Positions 12,803 to 27,464 of a stretch of DNA of 64,000 bases are shown one piece after another. The notes below the pieces were generated by a model that was not told where the DNA came from, ran no database searches, and saw only the letters and a program-made list of their open reading frames with translations. The stretch is from Tubulanus polymorphus (taxonomy: Eukaryota > Animalia > Nemertea). The DNA lies in NCBI RefSeq assembly GCF_964204645.1, contig NC_134026.1:17146150-17210149 (forward strand), written 5' to 3'. Numbering within the stretch: position 1 is the stretch's first letter; each line of letters starts with the position of its first letter. The position numbers were made by a program, and so were the translations under genes.

Positions 12803-13024
12803 AACGAATAAAAACCCACAATAGAATTTGTAGTAACAATTTATTTCCTCACAGTTTTGAGGTTAAGACTAAACCTCATCTTCAGAGGAACAAAAATACT
12901 ATGTATTTTTGGAGATGAGGTTTAATTTTAACCTCAAAACTGTTAGGAAACAAATTGTTTCTACAAATCTACTGTGGGTTTTTATTCGTTAACTACGTAT
13001 ACTGAGATTTAGATCAGTTCACCA
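12803..13024. mobile_element. Penelope-like inverted pLTR remnant with degenerate hammerhead motifs
   Basis: Inverted arms spanning ~12800-12993; 11-bp TSD CTGCCGCTGTT (12792-12802, 13025-13035). Minus strand 12847-12888 reads cct-CTGAAGA-t-GAGGTT..AACCTC-AAAA-CTGTG-agg (core GAAA mutated). Confidence 0.7.
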
Positions 13025-13386
13025 CTGCCGCTGTTGTTAATGCCAGAGTAAAATGCGGATAACCAATACGTAAAGGATGAGCATATAAACGCCCTCAGAA
13101 AAAACACTGTCGTACACTATAGCCTTCGGTACAGCTATGCGGGCGAGCGGGTTTTGATTTTTATTTTTAAAAAAGTTGATTGATTCTTTGCCGATTAGAT
13201 ACTTTTTTATGATGCAGGTGGCATTTGACTTTCTTGACAAACTATGGTTTTTTTGTGTGGCTAAATGATGTATGTATATGCACCCTAGGTTAAACATATA
13301 ACAGTCATTGTCACTATCAATAAGTAATATGTCTGTATATATTGTACTAACTTTCTTATCTGTGCTATTCTAATAAGTCTTCAGTT

Positions 13387-15645
13387 ATGAGTAAAACGTC
13401 TCTCAAACGTTGGCGGCGTGTTGACAGCATTTTACGTCGTGATTTGATTGCCAACAATGATAACAATGATGATGCTATACTGCGGTCATCCGATGATGAT
13501 TTTATAGTTGGAAATGATCAGCCTGTTCTGTAGTACTCATATTCTGACTCAGATGTTGTTGAAGATAATGATGATGATGGTGATGATGGTGATGATCATG
13601 ATGATGATGACGATGATGACAATGATGGTGAATCATATTCGAGCTTATCTGATAACGATCAAAATGAAAACAACAATGAAGATGATGCAGGTCCATCTTT
13701 TCGAGATAAATTAGCGATGTGGGCAGTCAAAAATAGAATTAAACGCACTGCTGGTAATGAACTATTGGGAATTCTGCGTGAATCTGGACATGGACTTCCT
13801 GGAGACCTTCGTTCTCTACTAGAAACGCCAAGAAAGGTCACCCACGAAGAAAAATGTGGTAGAAGATATATTTACTTTGGTCTGGAATGTGGTATAAAAA
13901 ATGCCTATCCGAAATAGAAAATTTAACCACAAACTCAATTTGTTAACGTAGATGGCATTACATGAAACAAGTCTACCAATACTCAATTTTGGCCAATCCT
14001 AGGCATGTTTAACCGATGTGAACCATTCATTGTGGCTTTGTTTTATGGGACCCAGAAGCCGAATAATGTAGATGATATTTCCATGATTTTCTTGAAGAAT
14101 AGTCAGCGTTGAAGGATACAGGAGTTATGTATAATGATAATTTGTACCATATATCCAAAACTGTTTTTGTGTGTGATGCACCTGCACGTGCATTTATCAA
14201 ATGTAAAGTTAGACATGCTGGGTATTTTGCTTGCGGTGTGAAATCAAGGGTGAATATAAATCTGGAAGAGTTGTCTTTTCTAGTCAAGAAACAATTGAAA
14301 AGAGGACAGTGGACAAATTCAATTCAATGGTACATGAGGACCATCGGGCACATGGAAGATCCCCAATCATTGATGCTGGGATTAACTGTAATGACAATTT
14401 TCCGCTTGATTACATGCACATTGCATGTTTGGGTGTAGTAAAGTTGAAAATATGTAGTATGTTGAAATATTTGAAAAGGGGTCCTCAGTTAGTGCATCTC
14501 TCAGTGAGGCAAATCAATCTCATATCTGATTCATTTAAGTCATTTCGTCTCAAAATTCCATCAGAATTTGCACGTCTGTCGAGAGTTTTGGATGAAATCG
14601 AAAGGTGGAAAGCCGCCGTATTCCGCCAATTTATTCTTTATACTGGACCAGTTGCGCTAAAGAACGTTCTGAAACGACCACTGTATGAAAATTTTTTGTC
14701 ATTAACTATTGCCTTATCAATCCTGTTAAATGAAGATGAGCTGGTACGAAATGCGTACATTGGATATGCCCAGGATCTTCTGCGTTTTTTCACGGAATGG
14801 GCAGAGAATCTCTACAGTGATGTTTTTATGTCAATAAATGTGCACAGTATACGGCATCTAAGTGATGAATGTGTGAATTTGAATTGTTCGCTCCGCTTTT
14901 CCCTTTGAGAATTACCTACAATGTTTGAAAAAATCTGTCAGAAATGCAAATGGACCGCTTGTGCAGGTTTCAAAACGCTTAAAGGAGAGAGAAAAAAGAG
15001 GTGTTCAATTAAAACGGAAAGAAATATCTACTAAGATAACTACACAAGAAAAAGATCGGTATTACTTAGTCGGTGATGATGAATACGCTGCTGTGGAAGA
15101 AATACGTCCTAATAGGCATGTGTTATGCCGTCCATGTAAGCAACAGGACGAGCTTTTTTTATCACAGTGTGATTCGAAACTATTAAATGTAGTTTTCTTA
15201 AGAAATAGGAATCGACATACACGTAGAGTATGCACTGTCAAACACATCCTCGCTTGCCAGGGGTCAGGTATCACTCCCGAACTCGCTTCCACCAGCCCCC
15301 TGGCCTCGCGGAGCGTGATTCCATTACTGGCGCTATAGCGATTCACGTCATATATCGATTTGCGAAATACTTCCTTGTTCAGTAAAACGTTCGGTGATTG
15401 GTCTATTTAAAGGGAAAACCAATAGAAGCCTAAAGTCGTTTGTTACAAGCGCCGTGATTGGTACGACCGGATTCTGGTCGGCTAGTAACGACTCCAACGA
15501 CTCGTGAGGTCAAGGGGTTCGGCGAACAGCTTTAGCGTAGTGGGTTCGAATCCCTTGACGGGTGAAGATGTGTCAAACAAGGTCATGTGTCTACCTCACG
15601 ACGATGGTTATGTCATGGTTCCATAACTTCATCGAGCCTTTGAGT
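13387..15645 (+). pseudogene. EnSpm/CACTA (CMC)-type transposase, multiple stops and frameshifts
   Basis: Motifs VCDAPARAFIKC, LDYMH..CLGV, IPSEFAR, RWKA..FRQF.LYTGP, NVHSIRHL, AFPFENYL..LKKSVR; acidic (GAT)n N-terminus; interrupted by 15245-15570. Element termini not found. Confidence 0.8.
15245..15570 (+). mobile_element. Non-autonomous 326-bp DNA element with 9-bp TSD, copy 2 (Mutator- or AcademH-like TSD length)
   Basis: Exact TSD TGTCAAACA at 15236-15244 and 15571-15579; CATC...GATG termini; imperfect 19-bp TIR. Confidence 0.85.
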
Positions 15646-15721
15646 AAGAATGCACTTATCTAACAGGTTATTTGTGTACTACTGATATATGTCAGCCCTT
15701 TTAGAAAATCTAAAAAAGTGA

Positions 15722-15791
15722 TATAGTTATCTAAGATGAAGTTTGATAACAGTATACATACTATTATCAAACTTCATCTTAGATAACTATA
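15722..15791. repeat. 70-bp near-perfect palindrome
   Basis: 28-bp perfect arms TATAGTTATCTAAGATGAAGTTTGATAA / TTATCAAACTTCATCTTAGATAACTATA. Confidence 0.9.
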
Positions 15792-16507
15792 CTAATACAA
15801 ATAAGTTTATTGTTGATGATTATGATATTAAGGAATAATATTTTGAACATATCACTTATCAAATTGAATTTACCAGCAATCAAACTATAGCCGATGTGTT
15901 GATGACCCCTCATCTAAAAAATTACTTATCAAAAAGTACATGAACATTTATCAAATTGAAAATGGAGTCATGAAATAATATGTTTAATTATACGAAATGA
16001 AATAACTCATTTTAAAAATGGAAATTTTATTTTTCCTTGATCGTCTTAAAAACCTGCTTGCGCGCCTAGAACTAACAGCTGTTGGCGTGCCCTGACAAAT
16101 ACGTATCTTAACACAGTCAACCTCACGTAAGTCTTCCAAGTTGGGGCCAATCAAATTTATTCGACTGACACAATGTATAACTGGTGACTAAGTCAACAGA
16201 GGAATTCTTGCAAAATTTACGACGTACAAATTATTATACTTTCATATTAACATTAACTGTTGCATAGCCACACGTTTAAAGTGTAGACTTCACCTGAGCT
16301 GTATTTATTTTACTTCTTTCTAACCATTCATATTTATTGGGAAAAAAGCAAATATGGACTACGGATCAACCTTGCAAAGCGCCCAAGTGACATTGTACGC
16401 AAGACTTATGAGCGTGCCAGTAATCAATAGACTACGTGACCTTTTCAGATATTTATCTTGTGTCGTTTATATTCCTGCTGTAGAATATTTGTACGCTGTG
16501 TTTCAGA

Positions 16508-16700
16508 TGGTGAACTGGGTTAGATATGTACGGCAGGAAGGAAGTCGAGCAGAAGAAGGAGTAGCCCCAGAGAAGTGGATAGTGGCTGATAATCTTGTTT
16601 GGCCCAATAAGATTGATGCCACAAAAGAGTTAGATTCAATGGCCACCCCAACAGATAAATAGCGAAAATTTCCATTAGTTAAAATAAGTCGAGTAAGTCG
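16508..16700 (+). pseudogene. Possible first exon of the accessory gene of the EnSpm-type element
   Basis: EEGVAPEKWIVADNLVWP....P....*RKFPLVKI resembles the N-terminal VPxxW..WP pattern of accessory ORFs of animal EnSpm elements. Recognised by eye only. Confidence 0.4.
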
Positions 16701-19700
16701 AGTAAGTAAAATCTTCTGTGCCCAGGTTTCATACATTTCGTGTATCTATGGGTGTGAAATAGGATAAATATCATTGTTGAAGCCAGTTGGGAAGAGCATG
16801 AAATTGTTGGCAGGGCTTGCTCTACTTATCGATGAGTCCCTAAAACTCCTTGATTCCCCAAACACTTCTAAACTAGAAATGGTTTTAAAGGTTTTTGAAA
16901 CTCCTTTATTTTGGCAAAATGCCCAAAACTCCTTCAATTTTTAGAAAGCAATTGGAAATGTTAGTAGTTGTATGCCCAAATCGATACAGTCAATTGGCAC
17001 CAGGATTCTTTACCATTACCGAATCAAAAACTGGTTTTTGGTAGTGTTAAGTCTAACAAAATGCTACCTTGTATTTCCTGATTGTCCACGTCACTTCTAT
17101 ACACCACAATGAAATTTATAATCAGGCCAGTTCTGTAGCTGCTGGTTATGTCATTGTAAGCTTTATCGTGATTTAGAAAAAAAAATTAACAGGGATGGGA
17201 ATTTCCTGCGGATTTCGGTTCCAAAAGATATTGAAGTTTTCATGAAAATTGCTCCATAATACTTAACGTGTAGAATTCTATTTTAATAAATTCACTTTTG
17301 CATGGTTTGCAGCCAATATGTCAGTTTGTGAGGATTTTGATGAAACAACGGATTGTGAAAACCGTGATGAACAATCGTGCAAACGGAGGAAATTGAAAAA
17401 AAAAACATTTGATGACTGTTTAACCGATACAGGTAAATGATAGACAATGAATGAGAATCAACCAACCATATGATCATGAAAATCATCAAATGAAACTCAA
17501 ACGATGATTTTATCTCTAACTTTGACCAGTCAACAATGACTGAATATTTTTTCTTAATCAAATGTTTTTTCAAATGTGAACATCTTTTTTGATTAAGAGT
17601 AGATAATAACACCCGCATGCCTTTCTTTTCTAAAAAAAACTGGTTACGTAGTTGTTTGCTTTCGTTAAGATGAATGCATTCGTATTCAGTTAGACCCTTT
17701 ATGGCTAAATGGTCAAAGGGTGTACGGTACAATGAATCTTTGTGCAATTGGTTGGGACTAATACCCTGTTCCTATTTCAAGGTAAGTGGTGCAGTTTCCA
17801 GCTTCCTTTTGTCAGGGTTCATACAGATCAGTATGTGCAGGGAAAGTGGGGGTCTTTGCATTTTCCTCTGAAATCTGGGAATTGAACAAATTTGAGATTT
17901 AGAGAAATTTTTCCCACTTACGTAATCTGCTGCCATATGTTCTAAACATTGAGCTGTCTATGATCAGTGTACGCATTATGTCATTTAAATAACAAACAGA
18001 TCAGTCAAATAAACTTATGAAATGACTATTTGTCTACTAGTCTCTTGAATTGATTGATGTAGGATTAGGATTGAATAGAATCTGTAGTGGTGAATATGAT
18101 ACTATAATTCATGTCGTGATTGACATGGCTAGGTTAAACTTAATCTGAGGCTGTAGCGAATAGCCACCTTAGCGCTAATGTGAGTGCAATCTCAAACTGA
18201 GTCAGTTAACTATGCGCTAGGGATCATTCAATAAGTACTAATTTACCAATTTTGAATCCCCTAGACATACCATGCGCATTCATACATTTTGCAGCTACAT
18301 CTGTACACAGGGAATCGTACCTGATGGCATCGAGTCACAATAATTATCATTGTTATTCTTTGATATTTTTGCAGATGACTTAGAATCGGATATATAAAAT
18401 TCAAAATAAGTCTGGGTCAAGTGTCTTTTGAGCACTAGAACTCAAGACACTTCCTTTAAAGAATTACATATGTATTGAAAAATTGCAAAATGAATTATTT
18501 CATTCAAAGTGGAAAATAGTTCTAAAATTAGGATAATCTACCAGATTTTCCTCCCTCTTTATCTGAGAAAAGGGCCTAGGACATAGGCCTATAGGATAGA
18601 ACATGATTGGTCGTAGACCTATCCATATCATTAACTTAAATTGTTTCTTGTAGATCGAGCTTCTCGGGTTCAACTTCCGAAACCCCCGGTTAAACTTATA
18701 AGGCAAAGTAAGTGGTTATACCCGAAAATAAGGATAACATGTGACAGAAGTAAATCACGTAATCATGTTGAATATATTTCATTGTCTTCCAGGTGCGTTT
18801 TGTACAAAAGCAGAGACAACATTTTCTCAGACTAGTGATACTCTCTCAACTTAGAGCGGGGGCATAATGATGTTTAAAACATCTTGGTTTTTCATCAAAA
18901 TTCAGCCATTACATATATTCATGTAGGTTACCCATTATAACCACGTGCCGGTAAATGTAGTATCACTATATCAACAATTTATTTTGAGACAGAGAAAATA
19001 TTGAGGATAAAAACACAGCAATATTTGAGAAAAATATGAAAATATAATTATTTCCAAAATAGACTACAGAAAATACAATAATTTTCATGTTGTTACAGTG
19101 AAAATGGTGTATTTTTCGAACCATCATAATACCTAACAAATTTTTCTCATGTTTGTGCTTAAGACTTATTTAAGTCAGTAGGAAAATTACTCAGAATTAT
19201 TCAGAATGTATGAACAAATATACTTTTAAGTATATTACTGGCAGTAGTACTTTTACCCTTTCATTCAATAGCTTGTACTTGTTTTGACTTACACACAGTA
19301 ATGATTACCATTTAATTATAGTCTGTTTAAGTTTACATATTACTTAGAATGTTTTATACAGACACAATTACATGGTACATATATGTCACATTATACATCC
19401 CTTCGATAATCTTTACCCTGGAAAAGTGGCACATATGCACATTAGTTGATTAAACACGTTAGCTGTGTTACATAAGTAACATTGACCTGATTGTACGGTT
19501 TATTCTGTAACTTATGTTCTTTACAATGTCTATATCAGAACCATAATCAAAAGTAAAAGTGATGCTCTTCAGAAGTCATACATGCAATCCAGCTCTACTG
19601 GCTGTAATAATGCTCACCTTAAAACAGTGGTTGCAAAATACTATATTTTGCACAGTACATATACTTGCAGGTTTCACGAAAAAGTTAAATTCAAATTTTT

Positions 19701-20099
19701 GGTGTAGTTGCTGAATTGGTAACTACATGTTTTCAATGAGGACAACAATATAAACTTAACTGATTTAAGCTTAGACTTTTTCATGAAACCGGAACCTGCA
19801 ACTACAATTGCAGAATTTGCATGTACATAGAAAATAAAATCTAACAGTACTTTATTAACAGCCAATATAACAGCACCTGTGTATTTAGGTCCTACTCTAT
19901 AATAAATGGTTACTCTACAATACGTACTACAGTAGACCAGCAACTACTGTTGCATATATTGTATTAACTTTAAACAATCAAAATTTATCAGTACTGTTAG
20001 GCTTTAACAGCACTGTAGTATATGACATACACTAGTCTAATGCCACCTACTTGGTAGCAATAGGCAGTGATGGTACAATAAATTAATCAACGAAGTCAA

Positions 20100-22050
20100 G
20101 AGTTGGCTTCTTTGATTGTTTTTGATAAGTATTTCTCTTTTTGGAACCTTGTTCACTCGCAGCTTTGGTTCCCCTAATGTTGTGACTGAGAAGTGGATTT
20201 GATGGTGCTACTAGTTGGAAGCTCGTCTCTGTGACGAGTGGCTTGGCTAAATTCACCATATATGGATTGATTAGTAATACTGACAACTGTATTGCCTGTC
20301 ATCATAGTGTTCAATTTTCGAGGTAGTGTTGGGATTATGTGTCACAGTGTTGATAGGTTTCCCACCATAGAAGTCAGAGAGCAGAGCTTTTGTTATTTCT
20401 AATTGAATGAAAGTGTCATCTTTGTTGTTAGTTGTGCCAGGAATGTTACTTTTGTACCATCTTCATCTTCGACAGCATGCAGAGTTAGGCATGTTTCAAT
20501 GGTTGGTGGTTGTACAACCTGTATTGTAAGTATACTAAAAATTTTATTAAATGCAATACACGATTGGAGCTTTATGAAAAATTGTACTTCTATACTTTGA
20601 ATTGAATGTGTACAGGTATGGGTCAGGAAATATTCATATCCTCTGACATTTAAGTTTATATGCATTTACACTATCTGTATATATTGTGGGGGCACTCTCT
20701 GCCCATTGGCATGTGGTCAGTGGGAAATAGGATGGATCACTTAGACTTTCAAGGAAGTCCTACTGGAGAATTTCAACCTTGCTATGCAGAAAGTAAGTTT
20801 GTGGTAGACTGTATGCAAGTTATGAAGAAAACTCTGGGTTTCAAGGGTAAACAGGTAGATATAGATAATAGATCCCACTGAGTAAAGTTTTTAGGAAAAT
20901 ATATCACGTGTAACATGTTTTTTTGAAAATAGTTTACACACAAAGTTTTATAGTATGGTTCTTCTTCATTGATCACTATGCAGGAATCCAAGCTATGCTA
21001 TACATTTGAGTGGTGATAGACCATGTTGATAAACGAGTGCTTGAAATTCCATAATTCAATTTGTCTTAACCCGATTGATGCAGGCAATCATGATAGCAGT
21101 AATTGGAAAGAAGACAGTAATTATATGCTTATAATTTACATACCTCAATGATAGTGGCTGAAGTCGTTGCCAGTTGTTTTTGGTGTTAAACTCGGACACA
21201 ACAACATCACAAGTTTGTACATGTTCGCCTGTTTTTATTGGTGACTGGGCATGTCTTCTCCACAATGATACGTTGATAGATGCACTTCGGTCTTGTACAT
21301 GTATGTTTCGTAGTGGTATATTACTATTTCAAACAAACAAAAGAGGTTAGAAATACACATGAATAAGCTACTTAATATATGTATTTTGCATTGCTTACCG
21401 GTAAATATATTATATATTGCTAATATCAAGAGTTTTACTAGTGCAACTTCCTAAACTTATATACAATTTTTTTCCAGAATTATAATCACAGAACTAAACA
21501 AGGTAATCAGTTATTTCTGACAGTAATTATATAAATATGATAATTTCTTGGACTATTGTCACAATCACTAGGAGCACTGCATGTGAAGATTATGTGGAAA
21601 GGTAATTTTTCCTGGATATTGCGTAGACTTTGCCATTCTATGTTTGAGGCACATGATCAGCAAAATATATTACCTGTATGACAGTTCCTGTCACGGTCAC
21701 AGGACTTTTAACGGACTTCTGGAAGCATCTTTAATGGTGGTACTTGTTGTAGGAGCTGTTGTTATAAAACCAATTGCTTGCATATGGATGTCGACAGGTA
21801 CTTCAGGTGCACTTGTTAGGGCTATGGAGGAATTTTCATTGATTGATGCAACACTGTTTGTTATTTTATAATTTCATAGTATTATTCCATTATTTTCCTT
21901 CAGATACTCTTTGTGTTTCATTTCTTGGAATATCATAACCTTCATGCAACCTATGTGATCAGCTACAGCCATTTTACTATCAGCAACCTTAATAACGCTC
22001 ACACGGAGTGGCTTTGAGTATTTACCAGGTTGCTTCTTACATTTAACATC
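20100..22050 (-). pseudogene. Possible decayed spliced accessory gene downstream of the Helentron RepHel
   Basis: Exon-like open segments (PLRVSVIKVADSKMAVADHIGCMKVMIF; PPTIETCLTLHAVEDEDG) next to splice-like signals; product not identified. Confidence 0.3.
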
Positions 22051-22206
22051 TGAAAAGAATTTAAGATAAGATAATTGATTAGAAGAAATTACAATGGCAT
22101 AATAATGCTGTTAGTAACATTTATTGGTTTGCATTCATCATGTGTCATATAGATAATACAAAAGACTAAGATGGTAAACGATGTTTGGCCGCAAAATACA
22201 TAGCAG

Positions 22207-25200
22207 TTATTCAATAATAAGCCAGATTGGTTTGTGATCACTGTAGTACGATTCAAGAATGCCACACTTGACTCTATTTGTGAACACTAAGTCTAAATTG
22301 GACATATAATCTGTGGTTACTTGTGTTTGGATTTGTTTGTATTTTTGGAATAAGGCTTTATTGAATTTGGTTTGATTACTTATGTTAAACCAATTTAGAT
22401 TAAAGTCTCCTAATATGACAGTGGTGCATACTGGGTCTAATTGACTGGATGCTTGTGTCATGATAGTGTTTAAATGTTGAGTGTCACATGATTTTGGTGA
22501 TCTGTAGAAGGCAAAAACTTGAATTGGATGCAGTATCATGCTTGTCTTTATTCGAAGTAATACAGCTTCAATGTTTTCATTTCTAAACAGGACACGGTCA
22601 TTTTCAGATAATTGAAACTTCTGTATATGTTCAAGCCTTGGTATGGTCGGCCTTTTCTGGATGTGTCATCATAACGATACTGGTAAAAATTAGGTAAACT
22701 GTAATCATCACAAATCATTTATATACTTGTGTAAAGATCGACAATTCAAGTAGACCACTACTTTGCCCTGAGTGTAAGGGATTTCCATTTCAAGTATCAA
22801 TAGATTATTTCTGAGACGACTCATTTCTGAAATGACGTCATTACTAACTTTAATTTTTGACACATCAAAATTAAGTACATTTAGGTCTTCCAAGTCTCTT
22901 ACTCGACTAAGTGCTACATAATGTATATGTGAATCTGCACGTCCACTGAAATCAATAACAACTTCATCAAGGGTACTTCCTTGGGCTCGATGAACAGTTT
23001 TTGCTGCAGAGGCCCGCAAAGGAAATTGGATGCGTTCAACTGTTGAATTTTGATTACGGCCAACTTGGAATTGTCTTTTCACTGGCATGACTGGAGTCCA
23101 TTCCCTTGAGATTTCACCTGCGTAAAGATGGTTGTTAGCTTTCCGACACTTTTTGCCAATCTTTTTCTCTAGTAGCATCCATATAATACCAACTGCAATT
23201 CTGTGATTGGGGTCAAATTGTGGTGGTAACTGTACTAATTTTATAGTTCCTGCAGAACCAATTGTAAGTCCATCGTCAGTGTCTATGTTACAGGCTAATT
23301 CATAATTTAGACCTATAGCAATCTGCAAGTATTTTGGCAACTGCATAGTTTTTCGCAGATGTGTTGGTACTTGGCAGAGCAACTGTTTGGCTACTGCATT
23401 TGAGACATTTGCAATTACATGATCTTGAGCAGTTATTTGCTATTTTTTATCAGTATCAGCATTGATGTCATATACTACACTGTTATGATGCAGTACGTTA
23501 TTATTTGTTAGGTATAGATGTGGCAGCAGTTGAACAGACTGGGCTGTTTCTATACTGAGGACTCTAGTTTGTAGAAGCTGTATGTCTTTGTCTGTCTGTT
23601 TTCCCTCTCGTAAACGATTCAGTAATTCTGCAAGATCTGCACTGTCTTTTTGACGTACTAGATCTAGTAATTCGAACATCTTAAAATTATCTTGCCATAG
23701 GTTTGGTGCAAGTGGGGCATAGTTTTGAGTCAGATTAGCAAAGACGTACCCATCTATTACAGGTTTTAGTTGGGAAAGGTCACCTACACAGATTAAGCGT
23801 TCTTGTAAGCGTTTACATATGCATAAGCCTATTTCCAACCATACTAACTTCATCTATAATGACAAGGTGCAAATCACTATATTTGCATCGCAGTGTGTTC
23901 AGATTATCAGACCGAAGTTGCTGCCATTGAAAATGCTGATTGGGTAAAATTTTTAATGCGTTATGAATTGTGTTTTCACCAATGTGGAAAGCTGCTTTCC
24001 CAGTATAGGCGCTAGTAGTAAAACGTTTAGTTTTGTGAAATCAGTACCTGCTTCTTCGTTGCAATGTTTGAGAACAGATTGGTATAACATTGCATTAACA
24101 AGGTGCTTTTTCCCAACACCAGCTCCACCAGAAAGAAATATATTGAAATACTGACTGTTTGTTTTGATGGGATGTAGTATTTCATAGAAGAAGAGCTTTT
24201 GGCGATCATTGAGACTTTGTATTAATAATAGGAACTCTTTATCAGACATTTCTTTTTGAACTCTGTTGTCTTCTTGGTTTTGAAGATTGGATTGGAACAT
24301 TTATTGTGGATCTGACTGCAGTGACCTATTTATATCTGGACCTATATCTGGAAAATGAGAAGCGTGCGAAGGTTGCAGTGTAGCATACATGACACTATCT
24401 ATAATACCTTCATCATCACGTGAGGCTGTTGTGTGTTAGGGGCTATTACATCCCAGGTTTCCTAGAATTTCTTCATCAGCTAGCTGATTAACGGCTAAAT
24501 CAACCATTTTTGCTGCAGGCTCATACAAGGTGATGTTTTCATTAATGATTAGTTGTTGTTGGAGATATTTTTCTTAAAAGAATTGAAAAGGGTGAATTAG
24601 ATCTTCTGATTCTTTTCGCCATGAAGTCTGTAATAATTCTCGGGTTCAGTGTCCTCATTGTACCTAACATAGTGCATAATCCGTGGTTTCTGTCGACGTT
24701 TTGGAATAAGTTTCTCATGACTGATATCTGTTTTATCATCATTGTTGAGATCTGCATATGTAGTTGGTGACTCGGCAGGGTAGCCGTCTTTTGTGAGAAC
24801 TCTTGATGGCACCATATTATTTTCACTATGATTATAGTAGGATGCATATTCTGCCAGACATACATTTTCTAGATATTTGGGTCTCTTAGAATATTTGTCA
24901 ATGAGATCACATGATCCTATATCGGTATCATCATCCTGCATGTTGTCAATAATATTTGCAGGTTTTAACAAATGAACGCGTTTTTCTGGTTCACTTGTGT
25001 TAACAAAAATGACCGTTCTTGAGGAATTTCTCAGTGGTACAGGAGATACACAGAATCCTGTGCAAAAATTTCTATATTAAGAAACTTATTGCCAATTATT
25101 CTGACCTTCTGTTTTATGTCAGATTGCTCTTCAAGCGCTTGCTCACATGCCTTTGCCAATTACTGACTCGTACATCCGTAATGTACTGTACATCATGATT

Positions 25201-27386
25201 AGCTTGCCATGCCTGTAGGATGGATTTATTATATGGATTTATAAGATTCTCATTCAGTGATCTTTTAAGAAATACAACAGGGCCTTTCAGTTATGACCTC
25301 AGAGTAAGAATATAATGCTCAAGCGTAATGCCAAGTGTATTGAGAAATTCGTCGTATGATGATTCATTTTTATCTTTAAGCGACGATGTCAACGTTAATT
25401 GAATTTTCTTGTGAATTTCTTGATAAAAAGCAAGCTGTTCTTTATCCAATCTGACAAGTTACATAACCTTTCACTACTCTCTTACAACTCCTAGAATGTC
25501 TATGGTTTTGTAAGGTGACAAGGTTGTCCTCGTTGTTTATCTTGTAAATTTTATCACAAGATACTACTTTGTCTATATATTCAGTAACCTTATCTTTGTA
25601 TCTTTACCATAGACAGGTGCATCAGAAATCCACAAGAGCATTTGTATATGTGGGGAACCACGGTGCTGGAATTCTATGCGATAGAAGAAGTCAGCTACCT
25701 TTCCCAGGGATGCTGTAGGGGCAAACAACACAAGTTTCAAGAAGCACTGCTCTTGATAATGGAAATGCCTAGAACATGTAACTGGATCGGCCTGAATAAG
25801 CCTACACTTATTTTGCCAAGACATGTTTTCCAGGTCATTATTAGTATACAATCAGTGATCAGCTATCTCACCTAAAATCCTCAGCAAATGCAACCTTCTG
25901 ATTTCTGCAGAACTTCATGTAACAAATAATGTTGCATGACCAAGTTGCCGTAACATTGCAAAGAGATCTTTTTTGCCTGCTCAAAGTAAGGCAGTGTACC
26001 ACGGACAGTTTTCAAAACTCTAAAGCCTTCATTGAGGTTAACTAATTGTTTGCTTTTATCACCTTTGAGATCTTTTGCAGTAGATGCTCTACCATTTGTT
26101 TTATATTTCACGCTGCAAGATGTACCCTTCAAGTAACATCTTCATCTGCAGATTTTTTCTTTTAAAAAATAAATTGTCAACATATTTACAGTTTCTTCTA
26201 TCACTACGACGAACCTCAGGGTCCAGTTCCACAGTTCTGAGTTAAGATTTGACCCTGGGTTAAAACATTGAAAATGAACTAACTTTAACTCAGAGTTAAC
26301 TCTAAATCACAACTGTGGAACTGGGTCCTGACTTACATAATTCACTATAGTATATGTTGCTCTCTCTATTGTCATTGTCCAATCGCTTTTGTCCACAGAA
26401 TATACCTGGAAAAGCGAATTCCTCTGACTGACCTGTTTCCTCAATGAAATCTGGAGATGACAACATTGTGTCATGAATGCCTAACAGTTGTTTTTCAAGC
26501 ATAAAATCAGTATCACATTCTTCATTCCTAAGCTGATCATCTGATGACGCTTCATCATGTTGTTTTCTTTGTTGATGATCCGTTTCAATATCAGACGAAA
26601 TATTCCAACTTCTATCAAATGTGATATTTTGTTCTTTAAATAGTTCACCATGGGTTGTGAGCCATTCTGCTGGTATCCTGACCTTTTCAGGGCCTATATT
26701 TTCTGTAGCAACAGAATGTTCATACTGTAATTTTCGTTTAAGTTGCACTTTAATTGTTGCATTTTGGTCTTCCATTCTTGGTAAGGAAGTTATAGTTTGC
26801 ACTATGTCAGCAGGAACATTAACCATGTTACCAGTAAGTTTATATTGGTGACCACAAACAGATTCTTGAATTCGCATGAAAGGTAAACGTGGAGAAAGGA
26901 GACGAAATTCAAGCTGATGCAGGTGTTTCACACAGGTTTTGCAGACCCATTCCTTTTTGTCAACACTTAGCCATCCATCGAGACAAACATCTAATAGTTC
27001 TTGAGGTGCTTTCTTGATAGAGGTTCCAAGAACAACACTATGACTATAGAAGAGCTGATCACAGGAAGAGCAAACATATAGTTGACCTTGAGCTACTGGA
27101 ATGATTTAATAGAGTCATGATTAAGTGTAGATTTATTGCATGCAGATTTTCTTTTACGATGTGCCTCAGTGTTGACCTTTTGTCCAGCAACTTTATAAGT
27201 AATGTTCTGCCTTTGCTTTTGTTTTCGTAAACGTGCTTTCTCAGTTTTTTTCGATTTGATCTTGAAGATAAGTTGATAATGAGTTATTTGCAGATTGCAT
27301 TTGTGATGATGTAGTAGAGAAAGGTAAAGGTCGTGAATTCACAATTGTTATAGTAGCTGGAGTTATTTGAAACAAATCCTGATGAA
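22207..27386 (-). pseudogene. Helentron Rep / PIF1 helicase / AP endonuclease polyprotein, main part (decayed)
   Basis: LSPRLPFMRI..GNMVNVP; Rep motifs ADPVTCSRHF and RIEFQHRGSPHIQMLLW; helicase GGAGVGK, GDLSQLKPV, RIQFPL..AKTVHRAQGSTL, YVALSRV; endonuclease LNCRSL, GDFN, LDLVF, SDHKPIW. Confidence 0.92.
26219..26328. mobile_element. 110-bp MITE (PIF/Harbinger-like termini) inside the Helentron ORF
   Basis: TIR GGGTCCAGTTCCACAGTT / AACTGTGGAACTGGGTCC; splits the ELCKS..EVRRSDRR coding segment; related copy at ~63351-63457. Confidence 0.7.
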
Positions 27387-27464
27387 AAGATAAAATCCCA
27401 CTGTTTACAGATTAAAAGAATTTAAAAACCAGAATTTATTTATTAAATCTAAAATATTTAAAAG

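Noticed and set aside
13502-13714. Poly-His and poly-Met ORFs
   Set aside because: Alternative frames of the (GAT)n Asp-rich transposase N-terminus.
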